DNA of 64,000 bases, taken from assembly GCF_009914755.1 (NCBI RefSeq), contig NC_060941.1; one strand, 5' to 3'. Position 1 is the first letter of the stretch, and the number at the start of each line of letters is the position of its first letter. The position numbers and the translations under genes were made by a program. Below, in pieces: positions 11,761 to 50,729 of the stretch. Source of the stretch: the human T2T-CHM13v2.0 reference genome, Homo sapiens. The notes under the pieces were generated by a model, which was given only the letters and a program-made list of their open reading frames with translations, did not search any database and had not been told where the DNA came from.

Positions 11761-13189
11761 AATTGGTGTTTGCAGAATATGCAAGGCCAAGGAAGAGGGC
11801 CCCGGTACTGGAGCGAAAATCCGTGTAGATATGTGAGTGATCAGAACACTAGACTCAGAGCCTTTGATGCAATAGACTAGTCAAAATTAAAGCAAGGAAC
11901 ATTATATATAAATAATGATCGATGATTAAAGATTATTGGAATGTGAACAATTACCAAAGAAAGGGCTAATCGGCATAACTGATATAACACGTGAACTTCC
12001 AAATAATACAATCATAGTCACTTTCAGAATCAAGTGAAAATAGTAATCACAATTTTTAAAAGGATTAAAGACAAAGTAATTCTAAATAGAGGAACAATGT
12101 AAGGACTGTTTATTAAAACCAATTGCACTAATATAACATATAGTAATAGTGTAACAAATTACCAAACTGTAGGAAACTAGCAAACGAACTGTAGGAGAAA
12201 GATGAACAATGAAAATACTATTAAGGGAAATACTATTAGTGGTAGTGATATAATAATATAATGTATTATTGATACTACAGTGAACTATTAAAAGAAATAT
12301 TAACTAAAATCTTAGGAGCAATAGTAATATAAATAAAGACATATTAACAAGAATTGCTGGAGTAATATGACAATTTATGACCAATGTATTAATAGTCACA
12401 AGAACATTATAAATAATGGTTGAGTAATAAGAAGTATTGTACCAATGTGATGAAAAATAATCAGAGTATTAAGAGCTACAACAATATTACAAAGTATGAC
12501 AAAATAACAAGAAGTAATGATGTGATGAGTAACTAGCGAGTTCAGATCTGTAACATTACAAATAATGACAAAGTAACAAGATACTGTCGGGGTGTGTTGA
12601 AGAATAATACCTGGAGTGTTATGAGCAAGCCTAACAAAACAAATTGTGGTTAGATAACAAGAAGTATTATAAGGATGTGAGGGAAATTAACATGAATTTT
12701 GAGAACAATTATATAACAAGTTATGGTAAACAAGAAGTTATTGAAACAGCGTGACAAAGTATAATCAAAATGAAGAGCAAGCAACGGAAACGTATTAGGG
12801 ATACAAAGCAAGAATAAAAAATTACAATAGATTAACGTGACCTATTGTTCACTATGTCACCTCGATATTGGAAATAGTATTATGAATGTGCCAGGCGGCC
12901 CTGAAATGATGGAACAGTGACAGGAAAACAACAAATTTAGTAACAGTAAGCTAACGAATCAAAGCAGGGCTTTAACCATACAGTATTAAAGATACAAAGT
13001 AGTAATAATCCACGCGATAGGATATTCTCAAAGTTCCCGAACTGATCAAAATACTACTATGGTAATAAGGACAATTAAAATATTTTAAAAAGCACGAAAT
13101 AGTAACAGTTCCCCTAGTGCAAGAAACATATCCCCAGTAACCTAAAAATGAAAAGAGAAATGCTGTCGTCTTTGGAAAACGAGGCAGCT

Positions 13190-14400
13190 GAAAGCAACAG
13201 ACCCCATCGCAAAGGCAGCGGAGGTTGCGGGCCGCACCCGCGGAGGAGTGGATGTGAAGGACGAGAGCGGACCGCTATGCGGTGCTGAGTGCGGGACCCC
13301 GCGGTGCTGGCGGCGGCCGAGCGCGCCCAAGCTCGAGGTCCGAGAGGACCGCGAGGACGGCCGCCCCGGGCCAGCCGGGCGTGGAAAAAAGGAAATTGCT
13401 GGGAAGGGGGCAAGCTGTCCCGAGGTCTGGATGTGGCTTCGTGGCGGAGAGAAAAGGAAGAGGCAAACCCTGAGCCCGGGAGGGAGAGCACTGAGCAGGC
13501 CTCGTCCCCAGTCCGAGCTGCGGGACCGGCGTCAGTGGACGCGGGCGGTGAACCAGCTCCTCACAGGGCAGGGCTGAGCGCGTAGGACTGAGAGCGCAGG
13601 GCGCGAGCCGCAGGGCTCCGCTGCACGGCTCCGGGTGTGACAAGAGCCCAGCAGAGGACCCCATGGCCATGCGGGCCAAGCGCGAGACGGCCCCTCCTTG
13701 CGACCCCGCAGGCCGCCACATCTGGGACCAGCGGATCGCTTGGTCGCTGGAGCCGATCCCGCCGGGGCCCTAGATATAGTTGGACCCAGCGCGCTGGCCG
13801 GAGCGGGCAGCTACCCTACTGGCGCAGCGGCCCTGTGTGGGGACTCCTAGGTTTCCGAGGCTCGGCCCGCGTTCGCACGTGGCCCGAGGCGGGTGCTGGC
13901 GCTGGCCATGTCCAGCGAGTCTCACTCCCTGCAGGCTGTGGCCGAAGACTGGTCCGCCTGTCAACCTTATCTTTATGGGTTTTTCCCAACCCAGACTGGC
14001 CCCGGCCCCTTTTTATCTCCTGGGTTGCACTTGGCTTGTTTACTTTGCGAGGTCCTGGGAGTCGAAGTCTAAGCCCGGGATGAGGAGGCCTCTGAACAAG
14101 ATGGGCGAGAGGCCTGAGCCCGGGGATGCTCCGGGAGGGCCCGGGGAGAGCGGGAAGAAGGTAGGAAGAGAAAGGCGGGGCATTCCGCCTCAAGAAGGGC
14201 CGTCAGACCTACAGAAAGCTCCGCTGGAGCGCCCAGGTCCAGCAGGATGGGGAAGAGCAGGGAGGTGGAAAGGGGAAGCGGAGCAAGCGGGGCACACCCT
14301 TAAGGGATGCGGGCAGGCTGGCCTCTCAGGCTGTGCTCTCATCCCGAGGCCCCAGGACCTGCTTCGGGCAGGGAGCAGGCACCTGAGTAGGCGAGGGAAT
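13190..14400. promoter_or_regulatory. CpG island in intron 1 (possible alternative promoter)
   Basis: Dense CpG and GC-rich; starts abruptly after the AT-rich block. Confidence 0.7.
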
Positions 14401-15146
14401 CAGCCAAGACAGCCGAAGAAATGTAGCTGTGCCAGGCAGGGCTAAGCGGTTCCTGTGAATGGGCCCAGCCTGCTGGCCTGGTCCTTCACTGGGAAGGGTG
14501 TGGGTCTTTAGGCCCAAAGCAGAGCCCTGTGGCGCTAAAGTGTGCCTGAGTGAGCCTGTAGGTTCGAACTCGAGCACCAGGTAGGGGAGGCCTGGGCTGA
14601 GGGCAGAGCCTGGATCAGTCACCCAGGAGAGTGTGGCTGCTCAGGCTGGTGGGATGCTGTGTGAGGGGCTGTGTTTGGGTGTGAGGATGTCTGTGCCAGA
14701 ACGGGAAGAGGATGTGTGTGGACGGGGAGTGTGTTGGAGTGAAAGCCTTTGGTTCAGGAAGTCTCTACCTCAGTGCTGTCTGAGGGGTTGGGTGAGGGCA
14801 GATGGGTGAGCTGGGCCTGAGGTCCTGAGGCCCTCTCTGCACACAGGTGTGGAGCTGCAGGAGCCTGGGCCCTGCCCTCCAGCCTGGCTCTCCTTTCCTG
14901 CATGGCCAGGAGGTGTCCTGGCTGTCCTGGGCCCACAGAGAGGCCTGGACCCCAGTTATTGGGGAACAGCCGAGAAGGCCCAGGCCTCAGGCTCCACCGG
15001 AGCTCAGTAGGAGTGAGGGACTCGGGGTGCAGCTGTGGCAATGCCGAGAGGGCGGTCCCTCCCCTAGACCTACTCATCACAGAACCCCACACCCAGGGGC
15101 AGGCAGACATTGAACTGCCGCAGACCCTCCCAGGTCCACAGCCTGA

Positions 15147-42359
<27,213 letters not shown>

Positions 42360-42454
42360 CTCTCACGTCTCCTCCATAGCCCCGGGACCGTGTTGCTCCA
42401 GTATTAACCTCTGTGGGTGGCCTGCACTCTACCAAGAAACACAGGAAGGTATTC

Positions 42455-42456
<2 letters not shown>

Positions 42457-42496
<40 letters not shown>
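42457..42496 (+). repeat. (GT)20 microsatellite in 3'UTR
   Basis: Perfect dinucleotide run. Confidence 0.97.
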
Positions 42497-42499
<3 letters not shown>

Positions 42500-43784
42500 C
42501 ACGAGCATGTATGTATTTGGAGAGCATCCATCTTCTGACATACAACTGAGGTCATGACAAGGAAAAAAAACACCACATTTATCTAAGAAGTGATTTTGGC
42601 TGCAGGACCTGGGTCTATTGTTATCTGACATCTCTTGACATGCCCGTGGGTGGGATGGGAGTGGAGGGTTCATATGAGTTATTGAGAGGGTTTTATAATG
42701 GTTGATTTACTCAGGGGCCAGGTGGGGAGTTCTCTCCCATGGGGAAAGATTCTCACTGCTGGGGTGGGAAGATTCTCGCTGCTGGGGTGTGAGGACTCTG
42801 TGCACACCTTAGAGTTCCTGGCCTTCTCTTTGCAAGGGGAGCTGAGAATCTGGTTTTGGTAGCAGGAGGCCCACTCCTTTGACTTCTGGAGAGTCTGTGA
42901 GACTGCCTGAGAGGTGGGCTCAGCTAAGCCACAATGTGTACTTTGATAGTACAGCTGGCTGCTCAGTGAGTGGCCTAGACATTGATGACTGGAGCTCTGA
43001 GGTCTGAGGGATGACGTTCGGAAAGGGTCATGGGCTAAATGTCACCTGAGGGGTATTTTTAAAGGGTTTTTTTTTCCCTTCAAGAGGAGGGAAAATGCAA
43101 CCAGTAGCATCTCTGTCATCATTCAGATTTTGTAATAAAGTACAGAGCCCTTCCCCCTAGGTCCCCAACATACAGTCTCTCACTCTGGTGTGTGGAGAGT
43201 CAGCCTCCCAGGCACCATACCATCTGCATCCTATGATGATGGGCAATTATGAAACACGCCTCAGCTGGCATCATCCCCAGGAGGCCACACTGGAGCTGAT
43301 GTCTGGCATCTCCAGGGCCTGTTCTGCTCTCAGAAAATCTACGCTTCTGGAGCGAGAAAGGCCAACAGAAATAAAGATAGTTGAAAAAAATTTGTTTCTT
43401 CCAGTAAATTCAGCCGGTGAGCTCAGAGGAGCAAAGAGAATTCTCCAGTGTGGCGCTCACAAAGTCCTCAGCCCTGCGTTTTAGCATTGAATACCACCAG
43501 GCCATCAGTGTGGCTGGGGTGAACTCTCCATCAAACTTGGGAAATCACTAAACTCTTTGCATGCTGAATAGCTATTTATATATTATATAAATAAATAAAT
43601 ATATATATTATATATCGCTCTCTCTCACAAATGCAGGCCACATGTCAAATTCAGCTTTGCTTTCTACAAATGAATGAACTTAATAAAAATAAACGTTGGA
43701 GGGGGTATTTGGAAAGACATCTATTTAAATTTTTATTACATGTTTGATATTAAAAACTAAGAATGGTTTAGATAAAACATATAA

Positions 43785-43788
<4 letters not shown>

Positions 43789-43815
<27 letters not shown>

Positions 43816-43828
43816 AACACACACACAC
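43789..43828 (+). repeat. (AT)13-AA-(AC)6 compound microsatellite
   Basis: Direct reading. Confidence 0.9.
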
Positions 43829-46800
43829 TACAGATAAGGCTTTTTTAGAAAACACATTAGCTAACAGGTGATATGGAACTTCAAGTGTTTTGTTATATAG
43901 CATGGATGTTTTATTTTGCATATCGGAACATAAAGCCATTTTACAACTGTGAAGTGTGTGGATGCTCTTTATTACTGACTTGTCATTTCTTGGCTCTGCA
44001 ACGGCCTCTGCCTCTTTTTTGCTGGTATTCTTTTTCTCAAGTGTCAGGTAAGGCCCTCAGTACCTCTGAACATGTGTACCGTGGAGCCTCTGAGCTCACA
44101 GTGAAGTCACCTAGGACCACAGAGCAATTGCACCTTTGATCTCATGCTACTCCCTGGGTTATGAATCTGGACTCCAGGGTCCACAAAGACCCCAGAAGGG
44201 CGGGCAGGCAGTAAAGCAGGAATCTGTCTCCTTTCAGCAGTCAACACATAAGCTGGCCATTTGGGGGAAGTGGTCTCGTAAGTAGGGAATTCCTGGTGGG
44301 ATTTATGCAGCTGCTTCAGAAAAGGAACTGAAGAGCAGGTTTGAGTCAGTGCGGGGGGCTTCCTGGAGCAGTCAGGGGCATGAGCTCATCACCACCATCA
44401 CCCCAGAATGGGTGAGTCAAGGCCTGGCAAAGTCCCCATTCGCCTGCACCTTTGCCAGGTCCCTAAAGCTTGGCCACAAGATGGAGAGAGGAAAAGCAAG
44501 GTGAAATCCAGCCCAGGTTCACCCTAGATTGGAAGAGGCAGGCATAGGAAGGCGCTGCTGGGTCTCCCTCCTTACAGCCTTGCCACCTGCCCTGCCCCTC
44601 ATTGCTCCTTCCCCAAAGCTGCTTACCCGCATCCACCATCTCCACTGCAGGCTGGTCTAGGAACCCAGGAAAAGAGAAGGCAAGGGAGGCATGCCCTTGA
44701 ATCCTTGCCCTGTCAGGACTGAGATGAGACTTCCTGCTGGGTAAAGACTCAACCTTGTCTCCTGTTTCTCCAGAGTCCTTTTGTGGCTCTAGGCTGCTCT
44801 CTGGCTGGACTTCTTCCTGCAGAACAGGAAGCCAAGCTCCATCCTCCCTTAGCTGCTGGCGCACACCTTGGGATTCTTGGTCATGGAGAAAGATGTTAAC
44901 TGAGCTTGGCTCAGGGGACAGGGAAGTGAGAGGGCTCTTCCTAACTCCCACCTGCTGCGCTCTTTTCTTTCTGGGTGAAGACAGCACATCTGGGACACTC
45001 CACACCTTCTAGAGCCCAGGCAGAGGGCTGGGGGCAACGCGGATGTTCCCAGGTTCTCTCCAAACACATGGTTGGCTGAGTCTGACATGAAGAAAGCCAC
45101 TTCTTAAAGGGGTATTTTGCCTCGAGGCAGCCCACGGCTTCCTGCCAGCTTCCTGGGAAGCGTGAGGTCCCTGGGCTTCCCCACCTGGGCATGGCCAGAG
45201 CCGGGCCTGCAGTGGGATTTGTGGAACTTTCCTGCGCCTCTGAATCAACAGCTCAATAAAAAGGGGGCACATGGGATATCCTGAAACAAAGGGCACCATT
45301 CAGGAGCGCCAACAGGTCATACATCATCGGCCAGAAACCTGCCACATGAAAAGGGTCTGCTTCTGCTGTGCCCTGCCTGGGAAGGGGACAAAAGCCAATT
45401 AACGTTCAGCTGCATGTCCACGGGAAGGCAGCCTTGGGGGCTGTGCTCTCCAGCCCAGGGCCAGGCCCCTGGGGAGAAGCCAGGGCAGGCCTCTCAGCAG
45501 CAACTCAGCCACAGACAGTTGGCCCTCAACCGTAGAAGAGCCTGGAATAACAAAAGGGAGAAGGGAAAGAGAAGCTGGGTCAGACTGACAAATTGTTAAA
45601 AAACCAAACCAACTTCCAGCCTTGGCTGGGCCTCAGGGGGTCAAGAGGCCTCGGCTCGCCCCACTAATGGAGCCTGCTGGAGGAGTAGCAGCCCAGCCTC
45701 GCAGTGTCTTATCTTACAACATAAAATTAAAACCCACTTAAAAGGCCGGAGGGCATGTTAACATTCCCCCTGCTGTCTAATTGAAGTAGTTCCCAGCGCA
45801 AAGGATTTCACTTGAAAGATGTCTCTGTCCCAGCCCGGGTCTCCAGCTCAGCCAGCAGGGGAAAGGGGTTGGCGGGGTCGGGGGAGAGGGGGCAGAGGCT
45901 GTTTGCTTGCCACCCCCACCCAGGCGGCAGGTGGCGACAGCAAAGGTTAGAACAGTCTGGGTTGTTTTGTATTTTTTAAAAATTTACAAATTCATTAGCA
46001 GCTATGTCAGCAGAGGCCACACTCCTGACAAGAAGACCTGGTAATGATTCAAACGTGGTGAGTCCTGCAGTGAAACCTGGCTGTTCCTGCAGCCAAGAGA
46101 TTTCCATGCCATCCCCCGGCAAGCCCTCTCTCCCCCCACGCAAATCTATGACAGGTCTCCAAGGCATACGGAACCAATCAGGGACATCCTGTCAAGGTGA
46201 TGAACTTGCACTGGCCATCCCGAGTAATGGGAACCAGTCAGCCTGAAGCCGGCCTGGACTGAAAGCCAAGGTGACAGCTATTAAGCAATTGTGCGCCGAA
46301 CAAAATGGCAAAGCGGCCGGGTAATCAATTCAATTTCGATGGGCAACCCGAGCAACCGCAGCGGCTGTCGCAGCTGATTAGGGAGGACCGGGCTGGAGCT
46401 TTCAATGCGAGCCCATCACAGATCAGAAACAGGCCCGGGATGAAAAGGGAAAGAACCGTCTCCTGAGAAGCAGGCGATGAAGGACTCTGTTTTATGTGAC
46501 TGTGTTCTTCCTCCTCTCCTTGAAGAAAGAGGAGAAAAAAAAAGCAAGCAGTTTGGAGATTAGATAGTTTTCTTTTCAGCCATTTATCATTATGAAGGAA
46601 AGTAGACAGCGCAGGGGCGGAAGAATCTCCAGTGGGATTTCTGCGAAGTCTCACTCGGAAGGGCCAGGTTTACATGATGCAGCTCAAACAGCCCTGCTTA
46701 TCACAGCAGCCTGACGGGGTCTGCAGAGCATCGAGGGTTCCTCTTCTGTAACAAGGGCGAACAGGCCCCAGTGCCCCCAGGAGTACAGAAATTCTCCTGC

Positions 46801-47329
46801 GGAAACCCCAAACCAGCAGACTGCATCATTTGTGAAAGTTAAAGCCTGAGTCAGAATAATGGGGAGAGGAGGAAAAACGGGAAAGGAAAAGACGAGGGGA
46901 TTGTGCACGGTCCCTGCAGGGGAGGCCCCCGTGGTGGCCCCCCGTTTCTCCCTGGCCCAGGTTGGCGCAGCAGGGGTGCCTGCTGTGTCTGCTGGCCTGT
47001 CAGCACTGATCCCAGTCTGATGGCAGGCCCTGGCAGCCTGCTTGAACATTCTAGGCTTGTGTTTGGTTGTTCTGTGCCAGGGTTTTGGGGTGCAGAGCAA
47101 GGGGCACCCACAGGCACAGAAGCCGAGAGAGAGAGGCCAGCCATGGGGATGTGGAGGGGATGGAAGAGGCTTGAGAACAGATGGCAAGGGACGCAGAACC
47201 AGGAGGAAAAGGGCCATTTTGAAGTCAAGGGTGGGTCCAAACCTCTGGGGCAGGAGGGCTCAGGGCTGGGACTGGGCCGGTGGTGAGGGAGGAAGGCTGA
47301 CCACCTCCTCTTTGGAAAACTAGAGCAAT

Positions 47330-48200
47330 GGGTGCATATTCAGATAATTCTTAGAAGAATCACAAATGGAGAATTAACCTCACTAGTCATCTAAAATGCA
47401 AATTGAAGTGATAACATGCCACTTTCATCTACCAGATTAGTGAACATTTAAGAAAAGGGGTTGGGAGCCTCTCTCAGCCATTGCTAGTGGGAGTACAGAT
47501 TGACATGGTTTTTCTGGAACGAGCAATTTGGTAGCATGGACAAAGACTCTAAAAGTGTTCATTCCCTAAAGAAAATAACCAGGAATGCGGACATAGTTTA
47601 ATACTGTATGATATTCATTGTGATTTTACTTTTTAATAGCCCCAAACTGGCTGAAAGTAAATTGGTAAATTATGAGATACATTCTGGAATATGATGCTGT
47701 CATTGAAATCATGTTTACAAAGGGCCCTTAATGATATGAGACTTGATTTAAAACTAAGTGAAAAAAAAGGATCCTAATATAGAGTACAATTTCAAGAACA
47801 TTTGAAGTGAAAACAAAAAGATTGGTGTGTAGCCAAACTATAGATCATTACATAGCAGTTAACAAGGGGATGAACTATATCTGTATATACATGAAATACT
47901 ATGTGAAAAAAAGTTCCTGACATATGGTCTCCCATGTGTATGCAATACAAAACAAAAAAACACTCCGGAGGTCCCAACATCGATTAAGCAGAAATGTCCA
48001 GGAGATGGGGTGCATTTATGTGTATATGATGTATGCATGTATGATGTATGTGTATGACGTGTATTTGTGTGTGTGTGTTAGGGACACAGACATGATTTAG
48101 AAGAAACTGCTTATGATGATTCCCTCATATATCTCTGTTTCGTTTAACTTATTACAATGGGCACGTATTATTTCTGCAATTAAAAGATTTAATTAAATTA
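47330..48200 (+). mobile_element. Old L1 (L1M/L1ME-like) 3' fragments
   Basis: A-rich, with motifs like CTCACTAGTCATC..AAATGCAAATT and GCAATTTGGTAG. Confidence 0.5.
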
Positions 48201-50052
48201 AAAAAAAACTTGTGATTGTAGAAGTACCCAAAGAAAAGAAAAAGAAGAAAGGCTAAAAGAAACTGTGCCCAGTGCTAACGGCAGTAACGTCAGGAAGTGC
48301 TGGATCTGCTGAATCGCTGCCCGGGTGGACAAAGGTTGACTTCTGGGCCTCCTCCCCGTGTTTGTTTTCCTCCCCTCCCTGGCTGTCCGCCTCAGACACC
48401 CTGCTCCTGCCCAGGCCTGCAATGCTGCTGTTGTTCAGGCTGGGGCTTTAGCATTTTCCACTCCTCCCTAGGTCCTCTCCCTGGGTGACGGCATCTGTTC
48501 CCACGGCTTCTCTCACCAACATATGCCAACGAACCTCAAGTCCGATCTCATTTCGGTCTCCTGATACCATCTTCTGGACATCTCTGCCAGAAAGAGATGT
48601 TAAGTCCTCCAATTCAGACTGGAACCCAGACTCTCCCTCCAGGCCTCCCTCACATCCTCCGTTTTGGTAATGGCACCACCAGCCAGCATCCAGTTGCTCA
48701 AGTCAGAAGCCTGGGCTTCAGCGCCAACTCCCTCCTCTCCCTACCTGCCCACCCCAAATGCTCACCAAACTGCAGATTCTACCTCCTAAAGATTTTCTAC
48801 ATCTCTACACGTTTCCTCTCTTCCAGCAGGCCTGGCAGTGTTTGCTATAACGGCAAATTCCTGGGTCTGGGCAGGCCAAGATGTCAGCTGTGTAAGGCTA
48901 TGGAGCTTGGGGCTGCTGTGAACGGTCCTCCTGGGCCCTAAGCTGTCATTCACGGAGTGATGGTTTTCTGACATGTGGAGCCAGGAAACTGCCCAAGCAG
49001 CAGATGCGAGGCCACTCAATGAGAAGACTGCTGCCTTCATTGGCGACCTTGCTTTCAGCTCTGCGTGGCCTGAATCTTGTACTCTGGCTGCCACCTTGCG
49101 CGTGGTGAGGAAGCAGGGCACTGCTACAGGCCATCCCCCAGGGTCACAGGCTGCTGGAGAGGCCTGTTGCTTCCTAGGGGCAGGTGGGCCTGGGAGTACT
49201 GGATCAGGGTTTTCCAGCATCTGACCCCCAAGCCCTGACGCCTCTTTCTCCTTCAAAGGTTCCAAATGGTCTCTTCCTTCAAACCCTTCCATGGGAGGCC
49301 ACTCAGTCTATGCCAAGATGGGACTGGCCTTCCCTCTCTCTCAAGAAGGGAAAAAAGCCTGAAACAAACCAAACTAAGGCCAAGAAGCCCCCAAATATGG
49401 CTCCTTGTGTAAAGCCTCTAGCACAGGGCCTGGCACAGGGCACGCTTTTGGGAAACAACAGTGCCCCTGCATCCTTCATCCCTTCACAGCCTGACCTCTC
49501 TCCCTCTCTCCAAGCCTAGCAGGTACCTGCACGGGCCATCAGACAGCAGAGGAGGAGCCACTCGTCAGCCTGCCTGAAGATAAGCTATTGAGCAAGACAA
49601 GTGTCTCAGCATGTGCTAATATAAACCTCCGGCATCGGGTGTAAGGAATTGTGAGACTCCTCCAGATATAACTGAGTGAATCATCTGTGGCATTTAGAGA
49701 GCACTGCTCTAATGGGAAGGTGGAAAGTGTACTCCTATTTTATGACTGAGCACATTGAGGCTCCTCTGAGACCCTTCCCAGATGTCATGCTTTCCTCTTT
49801 TAGAAACACCCTCAACAGGAGAAATGCTCATCCCAGCAAGAGCCACCAGAGACCCCCTGGTTCTGAGAATGTAAGGCAGCTTTGTGTGCCTCCTCCTTTT
49901 CCAGGCCAGGCAGGACAGTCCCAAGTAGGGCTCTTTGGAATTGGGAGCTGATCGAAAACGGGGAGGCCAATGGCCAGAGGGTCTTTGGAGGCTTGGTTGG
50001 TGAGTTCTGTAGAGGATCCTCCAGCATCAGGTTTGACAAAGTCTGAGCCAGG

Positions 50053-50054
50053 TT

Positions 50055-50093
<39 letters not shown>

Positions 50094-50388
50094 TGTTTAA
50101 ACAAGTTCTCGCTCAGCCACCCACACTGGAGTGCAGTGGCACCATCTTGGCCCACTGCAACCTCCACCTCCCAGGTTCAGATGATTCTCATTCTTGTGCC
50201 TTAGCCTCCTGAGTAGCTGGGGTTACAGGCATGCTCCACCACCCCCAGCTAGTTTTTGTATTTTTAGTAGAGACGGGGTTTCACCATGTTGGCCAGGCTG
50301 GTCTTGAACTCCTGACCTCAGGTGATACGCCCGCCTCGGCCTCCCAAAGTGCTAGTATTATAGGTGTGAGCCACTGCGCCCGTGGGCC
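50053..50388 (-). mobile_element. Alu with (TTTA)n tail
   Basis: Reverse Alu consensus. Confidence 0.93.
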
Positions 50389-50439
50389 AGTTATCCTTTA
50401 CGCCTCCTGGCTACCTGCAGCCTTAAGAGTTGATGACTT

Positions 50440-50729
<290 letters not shown>

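Larger units (their letters stand above)
42360..43955 (+). other. TBX4: TBX4 3'UTR (end approximate; several poly(A) signals)
   Basis: Follows the TGA. AATAAA at 43134-43139 and 43370-43375, with further AATAAA/ATTAAA in the AU-rich block 43590-43790. Confidence 0.6.

Noticed and set aside
11870-13160. Idea that the A-rich block is a CRISPR-like array or foreign/viral insert
   Set aside because: No constant repeat with unique spacers, no ORF, no terminal repeats or TSD seen; treated as a degenerate endogenous repeat
13114-14445. Many overlapping 100-220 aa ORFs on both strands
   Set aside because: CpG-island composition artefact; no domain similarity
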